Virus genome (UHGV): UHGV-0204359
Strand: one strand, 5' to 3'
DNA: 33,613 nt
From: a virus
In this document: positions 16,222 to 25,437 of the stretch, piece by piece
Numbering within the stretch: the stretch's first letter is position 1
Layout: the number at the start of each line of letters is the position of its first letter
Notes under the pieces: model-generated
Seen by the model: the letters and a program-made list of their open reading frames with translations, nothing else
Told to the model about the DNA's origin: nothing
Database searches by the model: none
Made by a program: the position numbers and the translations under genes

Positions 16222-17943
16222 ATGCCAGACGTTGGCGAGGTAAGATATAAGGCGGTCGTTGACAACAGCGGCATTGATGAAGAGATAAAAAAGACAGAAG
16301 CGAGCCTTGGCAAGCTTGACAATCCAGTCAAAAAAAGCTCCAGCAAATTCGACAAGCTCGGGAAGGTTGGGGAAAAAGCGTTAAAAGGTATAGGAGTGGC
16401 ATTTGTCGGCCTTACATCGGCGGCTGGTGCTGGCCTTGCCGCTGTTGCAAAAATGGGCATTGAGTACAATGCACAAATGCAGTCATACCAGACAGCATTT
16501 ACTACCATGCTGGGGGACGCGGAAAAGGCGGAAGCCCTTACCGATAAACTCAAGACGCTTGCAGCGCATACCCCTCTGGCAATGACGGATCTGGCTGACG
16601 CGTCAAAGACGCTTCTGGCGTTTGGCTCGTCCGCTGAAAAGCTACCGGATCAGCTGAAAAGGCTGGGCGATGTAGCGCAGGGCAATGCACAGGCTCTTGG
16701 TACTATGGCGACGGCGTTCGGACGTGTCCAGTCCAATGGATACGCGTCCCTAGAAGAGATCAACATGATGATTGACCAGGGATTCAACCCGCTCCAGATT
16801 ATCGCGGACAAGACGGGCGAGAGCATGGCCGAAGTCCGTAAGCGTGTATCTGCGGGAAGCGTATCATTCGAGGAGCTGAACGATGCGCTTGTTACAGCAA
16901 CCGAATCCGGCGGGCAGTTTTACAACGCTATGGAAAACCAGTCCAAGACGTTCGAGGGCCAGATGTCCACACTCAAGGACAATGTATCCGCGTTGACTGG
17001 TACACTGACGGAGGATCTATTTGGTTCTTTGGCGCAGGACGCACTTCCGAAGGTCAATGAGTGGGTTGACCAGCTGACCACAGCGGCGCAGGAGGGCGGC
17101 GTAGAGGGGGCTATTGAGACGGCGGGTGTGGTGTTGACCGAAGCCATCACAGAGCTGCTCAATGGTGCGCCTAAGTTTGTGGACACGGCGGTTAAGCTGG
17201 TAGAAGCCTTTTTGGGGTCTGTCAAGGACAACGGCCCGGAGATCATGGACGGAGCCCTGAACGTGATTATGACGCTGATTGATGGGTTTATATCCATGCT
17301 TCCCGACATCATAGAGACGGCGGCTGTGCTGATAGAAGGACTTGTGGAAGGGATTGGCTCACGACTTCCGCAAATCATAGAGACAGCGATCCGGCTGGTT
17401 GTGGCGCTGGTGGATGGGTTACTTAGGGCTGCGCCAAGGTTGGCAGTCGCAGCATTGGAACTTGTCCACGATATCCTCCACTCGTTCGATAATGTGGATT
17501 GGGGGCAGGTCGGTAAAGATGTCGTACATGGCATTGGAAACGGCCTCATGGGTGCTGCATCATATCTGTATGACAAGGCCAAAAGCTTGGCGAAAAATGC
17601 GTTGAATTCGCTAAAAAAAGCCTTCGATTCTCATTCGCCGTCTAGGAAAGCGAAAAAAATCGGCGTTACGGTCCCGCAGGGCTTGGCGCAGGCTTTTGAC
17701 GAGGATACACTTGCAGAGGACGCAGCAAGAGACCTTGGAAGCCGGGCAATCGCCGGACTGACCGCAGACGTAAGCTACAATATCCCAGATGTGAGCGAGT
17801 ACGCAAAAGATTTGACAAGCGGATTCTCCGGAAGTTACAAGGCCGGGGCAGAAATCACGATCCCGCTCTATCTGGACGGTCGGGAAGTGGCAAGAGCAAG
17901 CGCATGGTGGACAGGTGAGCAATTAAGCTGGGAGGAGATGTAA
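16222..17943 (+). CDS. tail tape measure protein (short, 573 aa)
   Basis: Tape-measure domain (YNAQM..YQTAFTTMLG, TPL...L..A.K.LLAFG, LGDVAQG, MENQSKTF.GQ.STLKDN), amphipathic repeats, HSPSR. Confidence 0.92.
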   Translation: MPDVGEVRYKAVVDNSGIDEEIKKTEASLGKLDNPVKKSSSKFDKLGKVGEKALKGIGVAFVGLTSAAGAGLAAVAKMGIEYNAQMQSYQTAFTTMLGDAEKAEALTDKLKTLAAHTPLAMTDLADASKTLLAFGSSAEKLPDQLKRLGDVAQGNAQALGTMATAFGRVQSNGYASLEEINMMIDQGFNPLQIIADKTGESMAEVRKRVSAGSVSFEELNDALVTATESGGQFYNAMENQSKTFEGQMSTLKDNVSALTGTLTEDLFGSLAQDALPKVNEWVDQLTTAAQEGGVEGAIETAGVVLTEAITELLNGAPKFVDTAVKLVEAFLGSVKDNGPEIMDGALNVIMTLIDGFISMLPDIIETAAVLIEGLVEGIGSRLPQIIETAIRLVVALVDGLLRAAPRLAVAALELVHDILHSFDNVDWGQVGKDVVHGIGNGLMGAASYLYDKAKSLAKNALNSLKKAFDSHSPSRKAKKIGVTVPQGLAQAFDEDTLAEDAARDLGSRAIAGLTADVSYNIPDVSEYAKDLTSGFSGSYKAGAEITIPLYLDGREVARASAWWTGEQLSWEEM

Positions 17944-17944
17944 G

Positions 17945-18607
17945 ATGTGGATAAACGGCATTGACATAGCCGACTACGGCGGACAGCTCCGCATGGAGTA
18001 TAAGACAAGCGGATATCAGCTTGACACGGCGGCGTTTAAAGGGCGCAATCGGTCAAGCTTTGTCCTCTTAACCAGTACTGTAGGATTTATGACGCTCACC
18101 CTCCCGGTGGTGTTTGAGGGTACGGACCGGGACGATGTGACCCGTAAAAAGAGCCTGTTTGACATGCTGATTTTTGGCAAAAACGAGCTTTTGATGGACG
18201 ATGGTTTCCAGTACTCTGCATACCTGTCAGCTATTGGTGAGTCCTCATACCCAGCCCCGGAGCTTATCGAGGTAGAGTATACGCTTATTGGTGTACGGCA
18301 TGGAAACAAGGTGACCGTATTTGGGAACACAGTAGCATGTGACAGTACCCTCCCGGATACGGACTGTATACTGTCTTGTACGGTCGGGACTTCTGGCACC
18401 GGGTACAAGGTCGGGAGCGTGACTTTTAAGACCGTGACCGCAGGCCAGCGCCTTGTAGTTGACGGCATTAACAAGCGGATTCTGGTGGACGGGGTTCCGG
18501 CGGCAGAAAATGCGGAGTGGATACGGTTCCCAAGCCTTAAGCCTGGGCTTAATAATCTGGAGTGTGCCGACACTCTGACAGTAGAGTTTTATCCGGTATA
18601 CTTTTAA
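17945..18607 (+). CDS. distal tail protein (Dit)
   Basis: Directly after the tape measure gene; C-terminal VDG......FPSLKPG.N...YP.Y. Confidence 0.8.
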   Translation: MWINGIDIADYGGQLRMEYKTSGYQLDTAAFKGRNRSSFVLLTSTVGFMTLTLPVVFEGTDRDDVTRKKSLFDMLIFGKNELLMDDGFQYSAYLSAIGESSYPAPELIEVEYTLIGVRHGNKVTVFGNTVACDSTLPDTDCILSCTVGTSGTGYKVGSVTFKTVTAGQRLVVDGINKRILVDGVPAAENAEWIRFPSLKPGLNNLECADTLTVEFYPVYF

Positions 18608-18623
18608 ATAGGAGGGAAATGGA

Positions 18624-20297
18624 ATGCTTAAGCTTATATCAGATGTAAGCGCCGTCCTAAACGTAGATGACTTTTATATCTGCGAAAAATCAAACGGACT
18701 GGACGAGCTGATCTTTAACATGTCGATCTATGATGACAACTATCCGCACGTACTGGAGGAGGCTGTGATTGAGTATGAGCAGCCGTATCTGGTCAAGGCG
18801 ATAGACGCGGGAGCAAGCACAGCAAAAATCAAGTGCCAGCTTAACCTTGACGCCTTAAAGGCAGAGATGAAGCTGGGATACAGCAACAACTCCGCAACCT
18901 TGCAGCAGACGGTTGACGGTGTACTCCCGTCTGGGTGGCTGTTTGTGGACAATTCTGGAAGCACCATCAGCCGGACGATTGAGGGCAACTATACACCGTT
19001 TGAGGTGATCCAGCAGTGTGTAGATACTTATGGCGTAGTGTTTAGGTTTGACGTGTCGGCAAAGATTGTGAGAGCCTACACCCTTTCGGCATTTAAGCCC
19101 CTTGGGGCGTTTGCGAGCCGGGAGCTTAATCTGACGGAGATTAACTTTAAGGGCAAGAGCACCGACTTTTTTACACGGCTTTACGCCTACGGCAAGGACG
19201 GCTTAAGCTTTGCCGATATCAATGACGGCAAGCCCTATGTGGAGTACCACGGCTATACCGACAAGGTAATCTGTGCGTACTGGCAGGACGAGCGGTACAC
19301 AATCAAAGAAAATCTTCTGGCGGCGGCACAGGCGGCGGTAAAGACCGGAGGAAGCCCAGATCGCTCTTATGAGTGTACTGTCTATGACTTAGCGGCTACA
19401 AATCCGGAGATGTACTCATGGCAGGACTTTTCCCTCTTTTCTGTGGTGCGGCTGATTGACGACATCAAGGAGATTGCTCTTGACTATCAGGTGGTTGAGT
19501 ACTGGCGATATCCTAACTACCCGGAAAAGAATGTTGTCACGCTGTCCAGCACAGCGCCCAAAATCCAGACCACGGTAAAAAATATCAAGGCAGAGATCGA
19601 GAATCCGAACAGCTCATTCCGGCAAAACATGCAGACACTGATTGACAACATGGCGGCTTCTATCGCCGGGTATGACGGCGGAAATATGCTCATCACCCAA
19701 AACGCTGACGGAAAGCCGAACGGTATCAAGATCATGGACACCGAGGACGAGGACACGGCTCAAAAAATCCTGTGGCTTAACCTTAACGGTATCACCTACT
19801 CCCACAACGGAGCCAATGGCCCCTATGACACCGTTTGGAGTTTTGAGCAAAACGGATTTGTGGCTGATTGGATCGTCACAGGGACGATGGTGGCTAATAT
19901 CATCAAAGGCGGAACCTTAACCTTGGGCGGTAGTGAGAACGGGAACGGCGTTTGCAGGGTGTTGGACGCAAACGGAAACGAGGCGGCAAGGATTGACGCC
20001 AACGGATTCCACATGGACAGCAGTGTGGAAAAATATAAGTCCCTGGAGTATATCTACCAAGGGAACTCGAAGCTTGTCCTTTCTGGTGAAGCACTTACGG
20101 GATACCATAACAATGATAGACGATTTCGGATTCCGTTTGGCGCAGATGGAGCAGCAGCCTTTGACGGCGATGCACAGGTGTTTGGAAAACTCTCCGTATA
20201 TGGGAGTGCATACTTTGCAGAAGGGTGGAGCGGCACAGTGACTATGGGAACAAGCAGATTGACAGTCCAGAACGGGCTTATAACTGGGGTATCATAG
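18624..20297 (+). CDS. tail-associated baseplate hub protein (Tal / prophage endopeptidase-tail type)
   Basis: TRLYAYGKDGL.FA.IN.GKPYVE, W.DERYT..ENL, ADWIVTGT..A..IKGGTL.LGG. Confidence 0.82.
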   Translation: MLKLISDVSAVLNVDDFYICEKSNGLDELIFNMSIYDDNYPHVLEEAVIEYEQPYLVKAIDAGASTAKIKCQLNLDALKAEMKLGYSNNSATLQQTVDGVLPSGWLFVDNSGSTISRTIEGNYTPFEVIQQCVDTYGVVFRFDVSAKIVRAYTLSAFKPLGAFASRELNLTEINFKGKSTDFFTRLYAYGKDGLSFADINDGKPYVEYHGYTDKVICAYWQDERYTIKENLLAAAQAAVKTGGSPDRSYECTVYDLAATNPEMYSWQDFSLFSVVRLIDDIKEIALDYQVVEYWRYPNYPEKNVVTLSSTAPKIQTTVKNIKAEIENPNSSFRQNMQTLIDNMAASIAGYDGGNMLITQNADGKPNGIKIMDTEDEDTAQKILWLNLNGITYSHNGANGPYDTVWSFEQNGFVADWIVTGTMVANIIKGGTLTLGGSENGNGVCRVLDANGNEAARIDANGFHMDSSVEKYKSLEYIYQGNSKLVLSGEALTGYHNNDRRFRIPFGADGAAAFDGDAQVFGKLSVYGSAYFAEGWSGTVTMGTSRLTVQNGLITGVS

Positions 20298-20307
20298 GAG
20301 GGCATAA

Positions 20308-21810
20308 ATGCGATTATATTATCCGATAGAGGTCGATCTTTATAAACCGTATCCGCTTCCAATCATGGAGGCACAGCAGAACAATATAGGCCGTGGTGCA
20401 GTTGTGACACTAAAAGCCAATGGAGCAATCATTCAGCCAACCAACGAAGGACTGACCTTTTGGGCGAAAAAGCCGGACGGAACGGTGTCGTTCTTGGCGG
20501 CAACTCTGACAGGAAACAACATACAGATGGACTTCACAAATCAGATGCTGGCGCTTCCTGGGATGGTGCAAGTGGAGATTCGTTTGACCTCCGGAAGTGG
20601 AGACAATGAGACAGACATTAGCACACCTATATTCGCGGTGCGGGTAAATCCATCAAATATCAATGACTCTGGAGTAGAATCTCAAAACGAATTTACGGCG
20701 CTTCAAGTGGCAATCGGGGAGGTTCAGTCTGCGCTGTCTGAAGTCGACGAGTTGAAAAAGAACGGATTGAAGGGAGACCCTGGACAAGCGGCAACTGTTG
20801 AGGTTGGGACGGTTACGGCATCGGAGCCGGGAGGTGCTCCGAGTGTGACTAATGCCGGGACAGAACAAGCGGCGGTATTAGACTTTGTCCTCCCGAGAGG
20901 CGAGCAGGGGCCGAAAGGCAACGATGGCGCAGCGGGGAAAGACGGAAAAGAACAAATTGTATTTGCAGCAATGTCCGCATTCCCTGCAACGGGCAATCCG
21001 GCTATGCTGTATGTAGATAACACTGTCAGCCCGGCCATCATTTACACATGGGACGGTAGCTCCTACGTGCAGGCCTCTGCGGATATAGGTACGGTGATGG
21101 CTATGCTTGCCACCCCATTTAGCGCGGCAGAGAGCTACTCGGCTGGGAAGTACGTCACATACAACGGGCAGTACTGGAGATTTACGGCTGATAAGACCGC
21201 CGGAGCATGGGACGCGAGCAAGGCAGAGGCTACCAATATAGGAGCGGAGCTTAATTCGATAAATACCAAGATAGCGTGGTGGATCGAAAAACTGTATCTG
21301 CCAGATCCGGATGTAGCACGGACGTATATCTACTCCGCTGGGATTTTCGCTCCAGGCCAATCGCTGGGCCAGGACACTTATGGAAACAATCATGTAGTTA
21401 CTATCACCGAAGCCTCTGCTTATCTTAATGTCGCCATAGAAAAAAACACATCCTCAAATATCGGCTGTGTTGGCGGTGTCATGTTCCAGACAGCAGTAGA
21501 TGTAACTGGATACAATAAGCTCTGTATAGATTACGATATTACCGAGATCCTGTACCCCAACTATCCAACATCTGGTACTAGATGGGGGCTTCTGATGTAT
21601 GCAGTGGATGATCCTTCCAAGTTATCTTATAGCGGATTCCAGAACGCCACTCCGGTAACGCTTATGAATGGTGTGCAAGGTGTCGGCTATCATTCAGAAG
21701 TTGACGTGTCCGCTATATCTGGTCTGCGCTATGCCGCGATCTTGCTGGCTTCATATGGTTCTTACGCCTATAATGTACACATGAATATTAAGAACGTGTG
21801 GTTGGAGTAA
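20308..21810 (+). CDS. BppU-like baseplate / receptor-binding tail fibre
   Basis: N-terminal BppU-like region (KKPDGT, QMLA.PG.V.VEI, S.NEF.AL), collagen-like G-X-Y stretch, short aromatic module (YSAGKYVTYNGQYWRF), unique C-terminal domain. Confidence 0.78.
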   Translation: MRLYYPIEVDLYKPYPLPIMEAQQNNIGRGAVVTLKANGAIIQPTNEGLTFWAKKPDGTVSFLAATLTGNNIQMDFTNQMLALPGMVQVEIRLTSGSGDNETDISTPIFAVRVNPSNINDSGVESQNEFTALQVAIGEVQSALSEVDELKKNGLKGDPGQAATVEVGTVTASEPGGAPSVTNAGTEQAAVLDFVLPRGEQGPKGNDGAAGKDGKEQIVFAAMSAFPATGNPAMLYVDNTVSPAIIYTWDGSSYVQASADIGTVMAMLATPFSAAESYSAGKYVTYNGQYWRFTADKTAGAWDASKAEATNIGAELNSINTKIAWWIEKLYLPDPDVARTYIYSAGIFAPGQSLGQDTYGNNHVVTITEASAYLNVAIEKNTSSNIGCVGGVMFQTAVDVTGYNKLCIDYDITEILYPNYPTSGTRWGLLMYAVDDPSKLSYSGFQNATPVTLMNGVQGVGYHSEVDVSAISGLRYAAILLASYGSYAYNVHMNIKNVWLE

Positions 21811-21881
21811 CCACAGGATATACCGCACGGATCCAAATGAGCTTTTTGTAACCCGTAAACATACCCATAGGAGATAAACCA

Positions 21882-22190
21882 ATGGATACAACAATCAGCA
21901 GGGCAGAGCACGAAGAATTTGCCAAAAGGATTGAAGAAGAGAACCATCGCCAGAATCGCCGGATTGATATCCTGGAAAAGAACATGCAACAGTTAGCCGC
22001 CCTTACGTCATCGGTGGAAAAACTGGCCTACTCCATCGAGGGCATGGTAAAAGAGCAAGAAAGCCAGGGGCACAGGCTGGAAAAGCTGGAAAGTAAGGAC
22101 GGGGAAAGATGGAGGTCAGTCTCCAGCTATGTGATCACTGTAATCATCGGCCTTGTGCTGGGGTATATCTTCCAGCAGGCCGGAATGTAG
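21882..22190 (+). CDS. lysis-module membrane protein (coiled coil + C-terminal TM)
   Basis: ISRAEHEEF.KR..EEN.RQN.RI..LE...W....YVITVIIGLVLGYIF. Confidence 0.75.
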   Translation: MDTTISRAEHEEFAKRIEEENHRQNRRIDILEKNMQQLAALTSSVEKLAYSIEGMVKEQESQGHRLEKLESKDGERWRSVSSYVITVIIGLVLGYIFQQAGM

Positions 22191-22205
22191 AAAGGAGAAA
22201 AGAAC

Positions 22206-22433
22206 ATGAAGAACTGTGTATTTAAGGAAAGCGTGAACACCCAGAAGTGGATCAAGGCGGCAGCTGTCCGGGCGATTAAGACAGCGGCGCAAACGGCTGT
22301 AGGTGTCATTGGAGCGGCGGCAGTCATGGGCGCAGTAGACTGGCAGATGGTAGCGAGTGCGTCTGCTCTGGCGGCTGTGGTGTCTGTCCTGACGAGCGTG
22401 GCCGGAATCCCGGAAGTCAGCGAGGAGGCGTAG
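22206..22433 (+). CDS. holin (r1t-like)
   Basis: WIKAAAVRAIKTAAQTAVG.I......VDW..V.S...LA...S.LTS.AG.PEV. Confidence 0.9.
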   Translation: MKNCVFKESVNTQKWIKAAAVRAIKTAAQTAVGVIGAAAVMGAVDWQMVASASALAAVVSVLTSVAGIPEVSEEA

Positions 22434-22436
22434 GCG

Positions 22437-23222
22437 ATGGCGATCATGGTATCTTCTGCCCGCTCTGATGAGCGTGGCAGATACTCCGGCGGTAAGGCCG
22501 GAGACCAGAAACAGAAATCAAAGACCAATGACACCCGGGGCGAGGTGAGTATGCAGGCAATGTATACCCACCGGAGAGGGTGGTATATCCTGCGCCCCAA
22601 GAAGGTATCACACGCTGACGCAATCGCAGAGCTGGGCATTAAGGCGGCAAACAATCCCAATATTGGATACAGCCAGTCTGACCGTCTGGGCGTGGTTAAG
22701 CATGGCATTAACACCAAGGTCAAGACCAATGCAGACTGTAGCTCACTGGTGCGGCAGGCGGTAAAAGAAGCGACAGGAAGAGACCCGGGCAACTTTACGA
22801 CAGCCAACGAGGCCAAGGTATTGGCTGCCACCGGACTGTTTACAAAGATTGGTTATGTAAACCAGTCAAAGACCCCGGTCTATAATGGTGATATCCTTGT
22901 CACCAAGACCAAGGGACACACTGTTATCGTAGTATCTGGCAATCCCCGCCCACGTGCCACAGTCGGCAATCCGTACCCGGTGCCTACCAGAACCATCAAG
23001 CTGACAAGACCGATGATGAAAGGTGATGATGTGCGCTGGGTACAGTACCACCTGATTCGCCTGGGATTCCTGCCCGAGAAGAACAGCAAGGGAAAGAGCA
23101 GCATTGACGGAACCTATGGCAAGGCTACCAGAGCGGCAGTACTGGCGGCGCAGAAGCACTATGGTATTGAGGTGGATGGCATTGTCGGAGCTGATACAAG
23201 GCGGGCAATACAATTCAATTGA
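22437..23222 (+). CDS. endolysin (NlpC/P60-CHAP-like Cys-His domain + peptidoglycan-binding domain)
   Basis: AR.DE.G..SGGKAGDQ, IGYSQ..R, ADCSSLV, GDILVTKTKGHT; C-terminal KGDDVRWVQ..L...IDG.YG..T..AV...Q...G..VDGIVG. Confidence 0.9.
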   Translation: MAIMVSSARSDERGRYSGGKAGDQKQKSKTNDTRGEVSMQAMYTHRRGWYILRPKKVSHADAIAELGIKAANNPNIGYSQSDRLGVVKHGINTKVKTNADCSSLVRQAVKEATGRDPGNFTTANEAKVLAATGLFTKIGYVNQSKTPVYNGDILVTKTKGHTVIVVSGNPRPRATVGNPYPVPTRTIKLTRPMMKGDDVRWVQYHLIRLGFLPEKNSKGKSSIDGTYGKATRAAVLAAQKHYGIEVDGIVGADTRRAIQFN

Positions 23223-23228
23223 TTAGAG

Positions 23229-23257
23229 ATCCCCGGAGCAATCCGGGGATTTTTTTT
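23229..23257 (+). terminator. late operon terminator
   Basis: ATCCCCGGA-GCAA-TCCGGGGAT followed by T7. Confidence 0.9.
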
Positions 23258-23272
23258 ATTTTAAAATAATGC

Positions 23273-23301
23273 TTGACTATTTGTACAAATAGTGATATAC
23301 T
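23273..23301 (+). promoter_or_regulatory. sigma-A promoter with an 18-bp palindromic operator
   Basis: TTGACT-17 bp-TATACT with TG extension; perfect palindrome ACTATTTGTACAAATAGT at 23276-23293. Confidence 0.85.
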
Positions 23302-23329
23302 TAAATCATCAACAGAGAGGAGGCGGAAC

Positions 23330-23512
23330 GTGAGAAAGAAAATCACGGTTTGCAAGGCTGGCGGGACAGCCAGCAAGAATGCCTTAATATACAGGCTGAC
23401 CGTCCCGGCGGAGATGATAAAAGCCCTTGGGGTCACACCAGAGGACAGGAGCATAGAGCTGGATATGGTGGGCGATACGCTCACCATCAGAAAAGCTAAG
23501 GAGGAAAAGTAA
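23330..23512 (+). CDS. AbrB/MazE/SpoVT-family DNA-binding protein (60 aa)
   Basis: GTG 23330 after GAGGAGG; K.GG.A....YRLTVPAEMIKALGVTPEDRSIEL......LTIRK. Confidence 0.8.
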   Translation: MRKKITVCKAGGTASKNALIYRLTVPAEMIKALGVTPEDRSIELDMVGDTLTIRKAKEEK

Positions 23513-23513
23513 A

Positions 23514-23804
23514 ATGGCAGTAGCAAAAACATGGAGAGTATGGGGAGCAAACGGACACAGACAGAGGGAGAGCTTCGAGCCGTCTTATAAATACAACTGG
23601 ACGGAGGGCGAGGATATCCGGGAGATCGAGGTTGAGAACTCCGACAAGACCGGGACAAATGAATATAGTATCATTCAGATCACCCGCAACACCGCCGAAG
23701 AGTGTGAGGCGGAGCTGGAAGGTCAGCTTTCCGATGGCATTTTTGAGAGCGTAAACTATGGGAAGGTTGAAGAGCTGGTTGACGGCTCTTGGATTGAATG
23801 GTAG
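23514..23804 (+). CDS. small acidic protein of unknown function (96 aa)
   Basis: RBS AAGGAGG; 21 D/E versus 9 K/R; co-transcribed with the AbrB-fold gene. Confidence 0.8.
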   Translation: MAVAKTWRVWGANGHRQRESFEPSYKYNWTEGEDIREIEVENSDKTGTNEYSIIQITRNTAEECEAELEGQLSDGIFESVNYGKVEELVDGSWIEW

Positions 23805-23843
23805 TATAGTTGTAGAGGGGAGGTGTTTGAGAGCCTTGTAAGT

Positions 23844-23878
23844 AAAAACCCGTCTGGTTAATTCCGAACGGGTTTTTT
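23844..23878. terminator. bidirectional terminator
   Basis: AAAAACCCGT...ACGGGTTTTTT. Confidence 0.75.
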
Positions 23879-23890
23879 ATGATAAAAGAG

Positions 23891-24123
23891 GGGGCAAAAA
23901 AAGGGGCAAATAATCAGACATATATAGACACTTTTGTACATTGCAACTTCAAAAAGCCTTGATTTTATGCACCTTTTAACACTATTGCACATTTAAAAAA
24001 GTCCCATCACCCGCTTATTTTTATGCCAAAAAATGCCGTAAATAAGCCACTTTCCGGGCTATGTCATGATTTTATGGGGCAAAAAAGGGGCAAGAATGAA
24101 AAAATTGAACCGCCCGGGGCAAA
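23891..24123. other. attP: arm-type repeats flanking a tRNA 3'-like core
   Basis: GGGGCAAAAAAAGGGGCAAA (23891-23910), GGGGCAAAAAAGGGGCAA (24076-24093), GGGGCAAA (24116-24123); candidate core AAGTCCCATCACCCGC (23999-24014); non-coding and just downstream of int. Confidence 0.75.
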
Positions 24124-24137
24124 CCGGACGGCTCTTT

Positions 24138-25250
24138 TTATAACAAAGATGTATTTGATATCCTCTTCCGGTCCCGCTCCTCCAGCCTTTTTGTGACGTG
24201 CATATACACTTCTTTTGTGACTTTGCTGCCGGAATGCCCCAGCCGTCTGGATATGGCCTCCAGTGGTACGCCTGCTTCTGCCAGTAATGACACATGAGTG
24301 TGTCGGAGTATGTGCGGGGTGATCTCTCGGCCTATCACTTTTTTGCTGACCTCCCGCATATACTTTGCGTAGTCATAGTAGTGCATATATCCGCCATCGA
24401 GATCCGGGAAAAAGAGCGTTGAGGACTTCCGCAGCCCTGCCGTGTCAAAAAAATCGTCAATCTTTTTGCACACGTTCGCAAGTTCCGGCTGGATAAATAC
24501 GTCACGGGTGGAGGTAAAGGTCTTTGTGCTTGTCAGTACCTGATTGTTATAGTCATAGTTTTTTGTGACGTGGATCGTCTGCTCCGACCGGCTTACATCT
24601 TTCTGCTCCAGTCCGCACACCTCACCATAGCGCAGGCCTGACAGCACCAGAAACTCCGTCAGCAGTTCCCACCGCTCCAGCGTCATCTCTTTGAGCAGTG
24701 CGGAAAGCTCCTCCCGCTCCAGGTATTTGTTTACCAGCTTTTCCCGGCGTGTATCGTTCGGGAGCTTTTTGAGCTTGTCCAGATAGCGTATATCAGCCAC
24801 CAGGTCATTCTCATAGCCCCAGCGCAGCATTGCCTTAAACCTTGTGATATACTCGTTATATGAGCCGTTCTCAAGGTCGAGCGTGTCCATCTTTTGTTTG
24901 ATGTATCCGGCTGACAGGGAGGACACCAGTATATCAGACCCAAGACGCTTGATAGTAGTGTTGAGATTGTAGTAGTTCCGCCTGTAGGTGGACAGTTTAA
25001 AGGCCTTTTTCTGGTATGCCAGATACAGCTCTTTCAGCTTCCCGAGCGTCAGCCCTTTTTCTTCCGGCTCTGTGTTTATGGCTTCCAGTTTGCCCCGTAT
25101 TTTTTTGTTAAGCGCTTCTAGAGCCACTTTCCGGGTGCTTGCCGTGTTCTTCTCCATCACCACCGACACGCGCCCGTATTTGCCCGTCAGAGGGTTTGTA
25201 TAGCGTTCTACAAATTTAACTTTTCCGCTTTCTAATTCCTCAGCCCACAT
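24138..25250 (-). CDS. int: tyrosine integrase
   Basis: SGLRYGE, TPHILRHTH.S.L.E.G.PL..IS.RLGH...VT..VY.H; start reassigned to ATG 25250 (MWAEELESGK) after AGGAGG. Confidence 0.95.
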   Translation of the reverse strand: MWAEELESGKVKFVERYTNPLTGKYGRVSVVMEKNTASTRKVALEALNKKIRGKLEAINTEPEEKGLTLGKLKELYLAYQKKAFKLSTYRRNYYNLNTTIKRLGSDILVSSLSAGYIKQKMDTLDLENGSYNEYITRFKAMLRWGYENDLVADIRYLDKLKKLPNDTRREKLVNKYLEREELSALLKEMTLERWELLTEFLVLSGLRYGEVCGLEQKDVSRSEQTIHVTKNYDYNNQVLTSTKTFTSTRDVFIQPELANVCKKIDDFFDTAGLRKSSTLFFPDLDGGYMHYYDYAKYMREVSKKVIGREITPHILRHTHVSLLAEAGVPLEAISRRLGHSGSKVTKEVYMHVTKRLEERDRKRISNTSLL

Positions 25251-25264
25251 TTTTTTATTCCTCC

Positions 25265-25369
25265 TTGCATTTTTTAGCATGGAGTGATAAGATATATATG
25301 TATTTTTCGTATCACCCCATACAGTGGTACTCTGAAAAGACCTCTTGCCCCAGCAGGAGGTTCTTTTTT
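25265..25369 (+). ncRNA. putative ~70-nt counter-transcript module, copy 1 (antisense to the int leader)
   Basis: TTGCAT-17-TAAGAT (TG extended), then terminator ACCTCTTGC-CCCA-GCAGGAGGT + T run; no ORF inside; paralogous to 25984-26085. Confidence 0.6.
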
Positions 25370-25437
25370 GTTAAAACAAGCATATCTTATAAATGTAATG
25401 CAGTCAATACCATACATTTATAAACACAGATTTACAT

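Noticed and set aside
21300..21880. Diversity-generating retroelement or invertible tail-fibre cassette
   Set aside because: No reverse transcriptase, no second copy of the 3' region, no invertase and no flanking inverted repeats seen.
23999..24014. A phage tRNA gene
   Set aside because: Only a 3' tRNA-like fragment; upstream DNA is AT-rich and does not form a cloverleaf. Treated as the att core.
25251..25280. ORF-track N-terminal extensions (int from 25280; also repressor from 27905, scaffold from 11191, AbrB gene from 23273)
   Set aside because: Downstream starts have strong RBSs and the extensions run through promoter or operator DNA.
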